In this document: positions 15,801 to 24,000 of the stretch, one piece after another
How positions within the stretch are numbered: the first letter of the stretch is position 1
Layout of the letters: the number at the start of each line of letters is the position of its first letter
Origin: Steroidobacteraceae bacterium
GTDB taxonomy: Bacteria > Pseudomonadota > Gammaproteobacteria > Steroidobacterales > Steroidobacteraceae
Direction of reading: 5' to 3'
DNA length: 24,000 bases
NCBI GenBank assembly: GCA_025458905.1
Contig: JALORN010000008.1
Coordinates: 58,016 to 82,015, forward strand
Notes under the pieces: model-generated
Database searches by the model: none
Seen by the model: the letters and a program-made list of their open reading frames with translations, nothing else
What the model was told of the DNA's origin: nothing
Program-made: the position numbers and the translations under genes

Positions 15801-18320
15801 ATGACCATGCCCATCCATCGTCCGGCTCGCGTGCTCGTCGCCGCCGCCGTCGCCGCCGCGATCTCCGGCACCGCGCTCGCGCAGGCGCAGCTCGAGGAGG
15901 TCACGGTCACCGCACGCAAGCGCACCGAGTCGCTGCAGGAAGTGCCGATCACCGTCACGGCGTTCTCCGAGGAGACGATCGTGGCGCAGGGCATCCGCAA
16001 CGTGCAGGACGTCGCCAAGTTCACCCCCGGCCTGTCGTGGGACAAGGGCTTCGCGCCCCAGGACACGCGTCCCAACATCCGCGGCCTGCCGACCACCCGC
16101 GGCCGCCCGCCGATCGGCATCCTGCTCGACGGCATCGACATCTCCTCCGAGTCGATCGCGACCGCCGGCGGCTCGATGCTGATGAACCTGAAGCTGGTCG
16201 ACGTCGAGCGCATCGAGGTCGTCAAGGGCCCGCAGAGCGCGCTCTACGGCCGCGTCGCCTTCGGCGGCGCCATCAACTACGTCTCGAAGCGGCCCAACCT
16301 CGACGAGGTCGAGGGCAACCTGCTGGCCGACGTCGCGACCGACTCGCTCTACGAGGTCCGCGGCGCCTTCAACGTGCCGCTGCTCGGCGGCAAGGCGGCG
16401 CTTCGCATCAACGGCCTCTACAGCGACTTCGACGGTTTCTTCAGGAACGAGATCTCGGGCGAGAACGTCGGTGGCTGGAACACGCGCGGCATCGCCGCGG
16501 CCCTGCGCTTCGCGCCGACCGAAGGCATCGACTTCACGCTGCGCATGTCCTACTCGGACGACGAGGCGGAGCCGCGCGCGTCCTACTACGTCGGCCAGGC
16601 GGTTCCGGGGAGGAACCAGCCGCTGGCTTCGCCGGCCAATGCCGTGGGCGTGCGCGTCGGTGCACCTCCGGGCGCCACGACCGGCGGTAGCGTCGTGCCG
16701 GCCACGATTCCCTATCCTCTGCTCGGCGAGGTGCGCAACTACGATCGCGTCCTGCTCAGCGTCGATCCGCTGACCGGCCGCGACTACGCGGGCGGCGACC
16801 TCGAATCCTTCATCACGAGCCTCGTCGGCGAGATCGACCTCGGCTTCGCGACCCTGACCTCGTACACCGGCTACACCCGCGCCAACGCCCTCAGCGTTTC
16901 GGATGCCGACTTCTTCGCCGCGCCGGCGACGGCCGTCACGCGCCCGACGCCCGGTACGGCGGAGCCGCTGCCGGCGCTCAGCATCACCGACGTCTATTCG
17001 GAAGCCCGTCAGTTCAGCCAGGAGTTCCGCCTCGGCACCCTCGACACCGACGATCGCCTGCGCTGGGCCGTCGGCGCCCTGTACTGGCGCGAGGACTACG
17101 ATGCCATCAACTCCTCGATCTTCATCAGCGGCTTCGTGCGCAACCCGCCGCTGGCGCCGGCAGGCTGGTCCGCGGCCCGTGAGCTGCAGCTCCGTGGCCG
17201 GATCCCGGGTGACCTGAACTTCCGCAACACCCGCCACAAGTCCGGCTACGGCATGCTCGACTTCCGCTTCAACGACCAGTGGAGCGCCTCGGCCGAGTGG
17301 CGCTACAGCGAGGAGGACTTCGACTACCTCTTCGGCCGCCCGATCGCGCTGAACATCGTCCCGGCCACTGGCGCCCTGGTCCCGTGGCCCGGATACACCG
17401 GCGCAACCTTCCGGCCGTCGGCCTCGTCCTCGTTCAATGCGCCGCGCTTCACGGTCAACTACAAGGCCAACGAGGACCTGCTGTTCTACGGCAGCGTTTC
17501 CAAGGGCGTGAAGCCCGCGGGCTTCCTGAACGTCGGCGTGGTGCTGGACGCGAACGACGCGCGCTACGAGCCCGAGACCCTGTGGAACTACGAGGTCGGT
17601 GCCAAGACCTCGTGGCTCGACGACCGGCTGCGCCTGAACGCCGCCTACTTCCACATGGTCTACGAGGATCGCATCACCCAGCTGCTGGTGCCGGACCCGG
17701 GCAACCCGCTCAACCCGCAGGGCACCCGCAACGTGGTCCGCAACATCGGCGAAGCCAAGGTCGATGGCGTCGAGCTCGAGCTGACCGCCGTCCTCACCGA
17801 GGGCTTGACGCTGTCGGCGGCCTACACCTACCTCGATCCGCGGTTCACGGATTCCGAGGTGCCGAACACGGCGCCGCTCAACATCGCCGGGTCGGGCAAC
17901 TGCCGCGTCGGCACGGTCGGTCCGACCCAGGTGTGCTTCACCAACACCAACGGCAGGCAGCTCGAACAGAGCGCGAGGCATGCCCTCGTCGCGACGCTCG
18001 ACTATCGTCGCCCGCTGGCCAATGACTGGACGCTGAACAGCCAGCTCGCCGCGCAGTACCGCAGCAAGCGCTTCACCTCGCCGGACAACCTCACCTGGAT
18101 GCCGGCGTGGACCAACGTCGACGCGCAGGTCGGGTTCGAGAACGAGAGCTTCGGCGTGACGCTCTACGTCACCAACCTGCTCGACTTCGACAAGCCGGTC
18201 TCGGCGCAGACCTACGGTGACCCGTTCATCGCCTCGCCGGTCGCGCCGCCGGTGCTCGCCTACACGACCTTCCCGGCCGACCCGCGGCAGTTCGGCGTGC
18301 GCGCGACGTTCCGGTTCTGA
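15801..18320 (+). CDS. TonB-dependent outer-membrane receptor (paralog 2)
   Basis: ATG 15801 lies in the frame of ORF 15639..18320 and is preceded by AGGGGGA. There is a signal peptide ending ALAQAQ and the sequence LEEVTVTARKR. The plug motif is IEVVKGPQSALYGRVAFGGAI and the C-terminus is RATFRF. It is clearly homologous to 12918..15386 along its whole length. Confidence 0.9.
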   Translation: MTMPIHRPARVLVAAAVAAAISGTALAQAQLEEVTVTARKRTESLQEVPITVTAFSEETIVAQGIRNVQDVAKFTPGLSWDKGFAPQDTRPNIRGLPTTRGRPPIGILLDGIDISSESIATAGGSMLMNLKLVDVERIEVVKGPQSALYGRVAFGGAINYVSKRPNLDEVEGNLLADVATDSLYEVRGAFNVPLLGGKAALRINGLYSDFDGFFRNEISGENVGGWNTRGIAAALRFAPTEGIDFTLRMSYSDDEAEPRASYYVGQAVPGRNQPLASPANAVGVRVGAPPGATTGGSVVPATIPYPLLGEVRNYDRVLLSVDPLTGRDYAGGDLESFITSLVGEIDLGFATLTSYTGYTRANALSVSDADFFAAPATAVTRPTPGTAEPLPALSITDVYSEARQFSQEFRLGTLDTDDRLRWAVGALYWREDYDAINSSIFISGFVRNPPLAPAGWSAARELQLRGRIPGDLNFRNTRHKSGYGMLDFRFNDQWSASAEWRYSEEDFDYLFGRPIALNIVPATGALVPWPGYTGATFRPSASSSFNAPRFTVNYKANEDLLFYGSVSKGVKPAGFLNVGVVLDANDARYEPETLWNYEVGAKTSWLDDRLRLNAAYFHMVYEDRITQLLVPDPGNPLNPQGTRNVVRNIGEAKVDGVELELTAVLTEGLTLSAAYTYLDPRFTDSEVPNTAPLNIAGSGNCRVGTVGPTQVCFTNTNGRQLEQSARHALVATLDYRRPLANDWTLNSQLAAQYRSKRFTSPDNLTWMPAWTNVDAQVGFENESFGVTLYVTNLLDFDKPVSAQTYGDPFIASPVAPPVLAYTTFPADPRQFGVRATFRF

Positions 18321-18338
18321 TCGCCGCCTCGTGAACCT

Positions 18339-18381
18339 CGGCCCCGTCGTCGTGCCGCATCGCGGCGTGGCGGCGGGGCCG
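18339..18381 (+). terminator. GC-rich RNA hairpin between receptor 2 and the LLM gene (possible partial terminator or mRNA-stabilising structure)
   Basis: Bases 18339-18358 can pair with 18362-18381 around the loop AUC. This gives about 20 bp if G-U pairs are allowed, with the outer 8 bp CGGCCCCG/CGGGGCCG perfect. It starts 19 nt after the receptor stop. The downstream sequence AUCCGCUUCUGG is only weakly U-rich. Confidence 0.35.
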
Positions 18382-18409
18382 ATCCGCTTCTGGAGCCCGT
18401 GAGGCCCGC

Positions 18410-19438
18410 ATGACCGAGTTCGGCATCGTGATGGAGGCCTCGCCGGGCTATACGGCGCGGCTGGCGCGCGAGGTCGAAGCGCTCGGCTTCGACCTGCTGC
18501 TCTGCCCCGACACCCAGAACCTCAGTCCCGATCCGCTCGGCCAGCTGTCGCTGGCGGCGCACGCGACCTCGCGCCTGCGGCTCGGTACCGGCGTCACCAA
18601 TCCCGTGACCCGCGACGTCGCGGTCACGGCCACGGCGTTCGCGACGCTGCAGGCGGAGGCGGGGGGGCGCGCGGTCTGCGGCATCGGCCGCGGTGATTCC
18701 TCGGCGGCGCACGCCGGGCTGCGCAACGGCACCACCGCACAGTTGCGCAGCTTCGTCGAGCGGATGAAGGCCTACCTGCGCGGCGAGACGATCGACCGCA
18801 ACGGCACCGCCTCGAAGCTGCGCTGGCTCGATTCGGTGGACGTCGCGCCGGTGCCGATCGACGTCGCCTGCACGGGGCCGAAGACCATCGAGATGGCGGT
18901 CGACGTCGCGGACCGCGTGAGTTTCGCGGTCGGCAGCGCGCCCGAGCGCCTCGAGTGGGCGCTGGGCGTGGCGCGGGCGCGGCTCGCGGCGACGGGCCGC
19001 CCGCGCGACAGCCTGCGGATCGGTGCCTACGTCAACCTCGTCTGCGATCCCGACGAGCAGCGCGCGATCCACCTCGGGCGGATGATCTCGGGCATGGTGG
19101 CCCACTTCGCCGGCATGAAGGACGCGCCGCTCGACCACCTGCCGCCGCGGCTGCGCCAGGTCGCCGAGGTGATGCAGAGCGGCTACGACATGAAGCGCCA
19201 CGCGCAGGATTCGGGCTCGCACCTGCAGGCCGTGCCCGACGACTTCGTCGAGTGGTTCTCGATCTGCGGGCCGCCCGACAAGTGCCGGGCGCGGCTGCGC
19301 GAGCTGGTCGACCTCGGGCTCGACCACGTCTACCAGCTCGGCGGCTCGCCGGTGGCGCACCCGCATGGGGCGCGACAGGAAGCCATGGTCCGCCAGGCCG
19401 TCCTGTTCGCGACCGACGTGATGCCCTACTTCCGCTAA
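18410..19438 (+). CDS. Luciferase-like (LLM class) flavin- or F420-dependent oxidoreductase
   Basis: 342-aa ORF with ATG 18410 preceded by GTGAGG. The N-terminal TIM-barrel pattern is FGIVMEA...ARLAREVEALGFDLLLCPDTQNL...RLRLGTGVTNPVTRDVAVTATAFATLQAEAGGRAVCGIGRGDS. The C-terminal GPPDKCRARLRELVDLGLDHV is typical of the Mer/LLM family. Confidence 0.8.
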   Translation: MTEFGIVMEASPGYTARLAREVEALGFDLLLCPDTQNLSPDPLGQLSLAAHATSRLRLGTGVTNPVTRDVAVTATAFATLQAEAGGRAVCGIGRGDSSAAHAGLRNGTTAQLRSFVERMKAYLRGETIDRNGTASKLRWLDSVDVAPVPIDVACTGPKTIEMAVDVADRVSFAVGSAPERLEWALGVARARLAATGRPRDSLRIGAYVNLVCDPDEQRAIHLGRMISGMVAHFAGMKDAPLDHLPPRLRQVAEVMQSGYDMKRHAQDSGSHLQAVPDDFVEWFSICGPPDKCRARLRELVDLGLDHVYQLGGSPVAHPHGARQEAMVRQAVLFATDVMPYFR

Positions 19439-19609
19439 GGAAAAAGGGGACCGAAAAAGGGGACAGATTTATTTTTGAAAAAATAGGGACAGATTTGTTT
19501 TCTTCCGTTCTGCGGACTGTCGGTCCGCAGAACGGAAGAAAACAAATCTGTCCCTATTTTTTCAAAAATAAATCTGTCCCCTTTTTCGGCTTTTTCGGTC
19601 CCCTGTTTC
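19439..19609. repeat. AT-rich giant palindromic element filling the whole convergent intergenic gap
   Basis: I checked the arms base by base. 19451-19517 is the exact reverse complement of 19523-19589 (67 nt each) around the loop TGTCG (19518-19522). The outer arms extend about 12 nt further after a 9-nt tandem duplication (CTTTTTCGG x2) on the right side. Each arm contains GGGACAGATTT twice. The left end has AAAAAGGGGA twice. Confidence 0.9.
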
Positions 19610-20770
<1,161 letters not shown>

Positions 20771-20863
20771 CTACCGGCGCCTGCCCGGACTTGCCAAGCA
20801 TGGCTCCTGCCCCCGGCGCCGGTCGCCGCGGCGGGCGGGGTCCATGCCTGTAGAGCGGACACC

Positions 20864-20895
20864 GGGGGGTCGGGGGGGGGGAAAGGGGCCCGGGG
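20864..20895 (+). repeat. Homopolymeric G tracts (G6, G10, G4, G4) forming a G-quadruplex-type motif
   Basis: Counted directly: G6 at 20864-20869, G10 at 20872-20881, G4 at 20885-20888 and G4 at 20892-20895, separated by TC, AAA and CCC. Further G3/G4 runs lie at 20833-20840 and 20901-20903. Confidence 0.6.
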
Positions 20896-20954
20896 CCTGC
20901 GGGAAAGAGGCCGGCGCGGGCTAGAATCCGGCTCCCAACGGAGGAGGTCCATCC

Positions 20955-21770
20955 ATGCGCAAAGCCCTGATCGCCACCTGCCTGGCGCTCGCCCTGCCGG
21001 TCGCGCTGCCCGTCGCGGCCCAGTCCAGGCCGGATGCGGCGCTCGTTGCCGCCGTCGCGAGCCCTGCCCGCAGCCCGCAGTTCTCCGCGCGCGACGCTGC
21101 GCGCAAGCCGGCCGAGGTGCTGGCCTTCGCCGGGCTCCAGCCGAACATGACGGTCGTCGAGATCGGGCCGTCCGGCGGCTACTGGACCGAGATCCTCGCG
21201 CCCTATCTCGCCGGCAAGGGGACCTACTACACGGCCATCGCGCCGCGCGCGATGAGCGAGCGTGCCGCCACCGCCGCCGACAACTGGGCGAAGAAGCTGG
21301 AGTCGAACAAGGCGAGCTGGGGCGACGTCAAGGTCAGCGACTTCGGCAAGGGCGCGATGAGCATTGCCCCGGTGGGCTCGGCCGACGCCGTCCTGACCTT
21401 CCGCAACGTCCACAACTGGATGGCCCAGGGCTACGCCGAGGAGGCCTTCAAGGCCTTCTACGATGCGCTGAAGCCGGGCGGCGTGCTGGTCGTCGAGGAA
21501 CATCGCGCCCCGACCGACAAGCCGCAGGATCCGAAGGCCGCGAGCGGCTACGTGCGCGAGGACTACACCAAGGACCTCGCCAAGGCCGCCGGCTTCGAGT
21601 TCGTCGGGTCATCCGAGATCCTCGCGAACCCCCGCGACACCAAGAACTGGGAGAAGGGTGTCTGGACGCTGCCCCCGACGCTCGCCCTCGGCGAGCAGGA
21701 TCGCGCCAAGTACGTGGCGATCGGCGAGGCCGACAACTTCCTGCTGAAGTTCCGCAAGCCGAAGAAGTGA
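20955..21770 (+). CDS. Class I SAM-dependent methyltransferase-fold protein with an N-terminal signal peptide
   Basis: ATG 20955 is preceded by GGAGGA 8 nt upstream. The signal peptide is MRKALIATCLALALPVALPVAAQS. It carries SAM-binding motif I (MTVVEIGPSGGYWTE) and a later LKPGGVLVVEEH strand. It resembles the 'predicted methyltransferase' family found with signal peptides in many proteobacteria; that is recollection, not a search. Confidence 0.75.
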   Translation: MRKALIATCLALALPVALPVAAQSRPDAALVAAVASPARSPQFSARDAARKPAEVLAFAGLQPNMTVVEIGPSGGYWTEILAPYLAGKGTYYTAIAPRAMSERAATAADNWAKKLESNKASWGDVKVSDFGKGAMSIAPVGSADAVLTFRNVHNWMAQGYAEEAFKAFYDALKPGGVLVVEEHRAPTDKPQDPKAASGYVREDYTKDLAKAAGFEFVGSSEILANPRDTKNWEKGVWTLPPTLALGEQDRAKYVAIGEADNFLLKFRKPKK

Positions 21771-21802
21771 CCTCGTTTCGCGCGTCGCGGACGCGTGACG
21801 GC

Positions 21803-21841
21803 GGGCCGGGCGGCGCGAGCCGCCCGGCCCGCTGCGTTTCC
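21803..21841 (+). terminator. Intrinsic terminator candidate after the methyltransferase gene
   Basis: GGGCCGGGCGG (21803-21813) pairs perfectly with CCGCCCGGCCC (21820-21830) around the loop CGCGAG. It is followed by GCUGCGUUUCC. It starts 33 nt after the stop codon. Confidence 0.55.
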
Positions 21842-22040
21842 GGTGCTGCGGATCTCCCGCGCCGACCCCCATCGCGGCGCAACTCGCCCGCCGTCGACCC
21901 GCCCGGCCTGTGGTGCCTGACCGGAAGCGCGCGTCCAGTCGATCCTTGACTTCGTTTTTTCCGTTGCATGGAACATCATCGGATCGGGAACGCCGATGTT
22001 TCCGGGATGTCTGAACGACCACTCCGGAACAGGATCCGCC

Positions 22041-22538
22041 ATGATCACGAACGACTCCGCAACCCGTTCCTCCCTCGCCCGGAGCGCGACGCTCGCGCTC
22101 GTCTCAGCGGCGCTGGTCGCCTGTGCGAGCCCGCCGCGGGTCTCGTCCACGCGCTTCACCGCGGCCTTCCCGCCGCGCTCCGCCGACGCGCCCGTGCGCC
22201 TCTACCAAACCAGCCGGCCCGACTGCGCCTACGAGGAGATCGGCAGCGTGAAGGTGAAGGGTCGCGACTTCGAGCGCGCCGACCTGCTCGCCGATGCGAT
22301 GCGCGCCCGTGTCCGCGAGCTCGGTGGCGATGCGATCGTCAACTTCACCAAGGGCGAGGTCGTCGTCGGCTCGCGTGGCACGGCGATGGGTGGCCCGATG
22401 ATCGGCGATCCCTGGATGGGCGGGCCGTGGATCGGCGGCTTCCCGCCGGCCGTGATGACCGACGTGCGCAACGACACGAAGCTGGTGATGACGGGGACCG
22501 TGATCCGCTTCACCGGCGACTGCCCGGCCTCACGCTAG
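22041..22538 (+). CDS. Small lipoprotein, unknown function
   Basis: In-frame ATG 22041 within ORF 21996..22538; ATG 21996 is an alternative. The signal peptide MITNDSATRSSLARSATLALVSAALVAC ends in a lipobox. GC3 is high. The core YEEIGSVKVKG...LLADAMRARVRELGGDAIVNF...LVMTGTVIRF loosely resembles the YbjQ/DUF74 arrangement. Confidence 0.65.
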   Translation: MITNDSATRSSLARSATLALVSAALVACASPPRVSSTRFTAAFPPRSADAPVRLYQTSRPDCAYEEIGSVKVKGRDFERADLLADAMRARVRELGGDAIVNFTKGEVVVGSRGTAMGGPMIGDPWMGGPWIGGFPPAVMTDVRNDTKLVMTGTVIRFTGDCPASR

Positions 22539-22578
22539 CCCGCCGGCCCGCCCGCGTGCACGCCGCTGGGGCGTGCGC

Positions 22579-23247
22579 TCAGAAGGGCTTGAGTGCCCCG
22601 AGCGCCCCGATCGTGAAGAGGATCACCCACAGCCCGACCAGCACCCAGGTCGCGCGGACGATCGTCATCTGGAAGATCGCGTTCTCCTCGGGGCCTGCCG
22701 TGTCGGCGGCGATCGCCGGCAAGGCGCGCTCGTAGGCCATGCGGATGTAGTAGCGCACCCCGAGCCCGCAGGCGATCGCCGGTGCGATGAGGAAGACCTT
22801 GAGCGCGAGCCACTTCGAGGCGAACGGCCAGCCGGTCGCGAGCGAGACCGCGCCCGAGATGCCGAAGGCGGCGATCAGGACGTAGCGCACGCGCCAGTCC
22901 CAGGCGGCGAGCTTCGGACCGAGCGGCGTCTTGCGCTTCAGGTGGGTGGCCCACATCAGCCAGAACCACGCGATCGACAGCACCCAGACCAGCGCGAGCC
23001 ACGGGCCCGTCAACGGCGAGAGGCCCATCCAGGCCGCGAGCGACAGGCCGAGCGGCACCGACATGATCATCGCGTTGCGCACGTGCTGGTCGACGTCCAG
23101 CACGAAGTCCCACAGGTCCATGCGTTGCCTGCCGGTGAGCCAGGTGGCGCGCCCGCAGTAGTGCGAGAGGGCATTGATCACCAGTTCGCTGCCGAGCCAG
23201 TAGCCCATCACGAGCACGTGCGCCCAGAGCACCAGGGAGTAGGTCAT
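22579..23247 (-). CDS. Integral membrane protein, unknown function (about 6 predicted TM helices)
   Basis: 222-aa ORF with ATG at 23247. It has repeated hydrophobic, Trp-rich helices (LVLWAHVLVMGYWLG, PWLALVWVLSIAWFWLMWA, ATWVLVGLWVILFTIGALG). GC3 is high. It is divergent from a LysR gene. Confidence 0.7.
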   Translation of the reverse strand: MTYSLVLWAHVLVMGYWLGSELVINALSHYCGRATWLTGRQRMDLWDFVLDVDQHVRNAMIMSVPLGLSLAAWMGLSPLTGPWLALVWVLSIAWFWLMWATHLKRKTPLGPKLAAWDWRVRYVLIAAFGISGAVSLATGWPFASKWLALKVFLIAPAIACGLGVRYYIRMAYERALPAIAADTAGPEENAIFQMTIVRATWVLVGLWVILFTIGALGALKPF

Positions 23248-23420
23248 CGAGCAGGCGGTCCTTTCAGCGGGGTGGGGCGATGCCGGGCCGGATCAGCGTG
23301 CCGATCGAGGGCGGCGCAGGAGGGGGTGGGGCATCGCGGGCGAAACATGCCATGCGGCTGGCGGAGGGTGAAACAACTAAAGGTTACCGGCCAGGGGGTG
23401 GAGGGTATCCTCGCCGGGTC

Positions 23421-24000
23421 ATGCAGATGCAGCAGCTCCGGTACTTCCTCGCGGTGGTCGAGCAAGGCGGCTTCACGCGCGCCGCGCAGCAGCTCGGTCG
23501 CACCCAGCAGGCCGTCAGCAAGGCGCTGCGGCTGCTGGAGCAGGACCTCGGCGTACGACTGCTCGATCGCGAGGCGGGAGGTCCCCGGCCGACGGCCTTC
23601 GGCCTGATGCTGCTCGAGTTCGCGCGCCGCGTGACGCGCGACGAGGGCGAGTTCCGTGCGCGCCTGCAGCAGGTGCGCAGCGCCTCGCGCGGCGAGGTGC
23701 GGATCGGCGCGAGCGTCACGGTCGCCGGCTCGCTGGTGACGCCGGCCGCCGAGCAGCTGCTGGCCGCGCACCGCGGCATCGCCGTCAGCGTGGTCGATGG
23801 CATCCAGCAGACACTGGTGCCGGCGGTGGGCCGTGGCGAACTCGACCTCGCGGTGTTCATCCGTACGCTCGACGAGCCCGTGGATGGCGCACTGACGGTG
23901 GAGACGCTGTCGCAGCAGGACTACCGGATCGTGGCCGGCGCGCACCACCCGCTCGCGACGGCGGGCACCCCGCCCGCCGTGGAGCAGCTCGCGGCTGCCG
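23421..24000 (+). CDS. LysR-family transcriptional regulator, 3'-truncated by the window end
   Basis: This is my own translation from ATG 23421: MQMQQLRYFLAVVEQGGFTRAAQQLGRTQQAVSKALRLLEQDLGVRLLDRE... It has a LysR wHTH followed by a substrate-binding domain, and the frame stays open to base 24000. It is not in the ORF track because there is no stop in the window. Confidence 0.85.
   Translation, partial: MQMQQLRYFLAVVEQGGFTRAAQQLGRTQQAVSKALRLLEQDLGVRLLDREAGGPRPTAFGLMLLEFARRVTRDEGEFRARLQQVRSASRGEVRIGASVTVAGSLVTPAAEQLLAAHRGIAVSVVDGIQQTLVPAVGRGELDLAVFIRTLDEPVDGALTVETLSQQDYRIVAGAHHPLATAGTPPAVEQLAAA

Noticed and set aside
12747-17981. Minus-strand ORFs of 902 aa (12747..15455) and 803 aa (15570..17981), antisense to the two TonB-dependent receptors.
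   Set aside because: The reasoning is the same. The plus-strand products have full receptor architecture, whereas the antisense translations are low-complexity.
19439-19609. The palindromic element interpreted as a CRISPR array, an integron attC site or an IS element.
   Set aside because: It has only two short direct repeats per arm and no spacers of CRISPR size. The arms pair perfectly, without the extrahelical bases and RYYYAAC/GTTRRRY cores typical of attC. No transposase, integrase or cas genes occur in the window.
21946-21974. A sigma70-like promoter upstream of the small lipoprotein gene (TTGACT at 21946-21951).
   Set aside because: The -35 hexamer is good. The hexamer 17 bp downstream is TGGAAC, a poor -10, and no better -10 occurs at 16-18 bp spacing. 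The support is too weak to list as a feature.
22558-22576. A 7-bp hairpin (GCACGCC-GCTGG-GGCGTGC) between the convergent lipoprotein and membrane-protein genes, as a possible bidirectional terminator.
   Set aside because: The stem is short, there is no U-tract on either strand, and the right arm abuts the stop codon of the minus-strand gene. The evidence is insufficient.

Overview
This is a very GC-rich window (third codon positions are almost all G/C) from a Gram-negative, Proteobacteria-like chromosome. That call rests on two TonB-dependent receptors, an RND pump, CreD and lipoproteins with lipoboxes. I can support 17 coding regions. In order they are: a truncated membrane-protein 3' end; a Tat-exported DUF1838-like protein divergent from a dihaem cytochrome c4; an NhaR-like LysR regulator divergent from a translationally coupled padR-MFP-RND efflux operon with no outer-membrane factor gene; a 661-aa lipoprotein of unknown function; thpR; an orphan creD; two tandem paralogous TonB-dependent receptors followed by a luciferase-like (LLM) oxidoreductase; short-type asd; a signal-peptide-bearing SAM methyltransferase; a small lipoprotein; a six-helix-type membrane protein; and a divergent LysR regulator truncated by the window end. 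I saw no rRNA, tRNA, CRISPR array, transposase, integrase or phage genes. The many long ORFs antisense to real genes are high-GC artefacts. I do not see a clear multi-gene novel system. The features most worth follow-up are non-coding or orphan. (1) A 171-bp AT-rich element exactly fills the LLM/asd convergent gap and has 67-nt perfect palindromic arms. (2) A canonical minus-strand intrinsic terminator lies inside the 316-nt region upstream of asd, suggesting an attenuator, riboswitch or sRNA. (3) A G6/G10/G4/G4 tract sits in the same intergenic region. (4) Repeated short motifs lie upstream of padR and of the second TonB-dependent receptor. (5) The 661-aa lipoprotein has weak two-lobed chelatase-like motifs. 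All family assignments come from reading the translations, not from searches.
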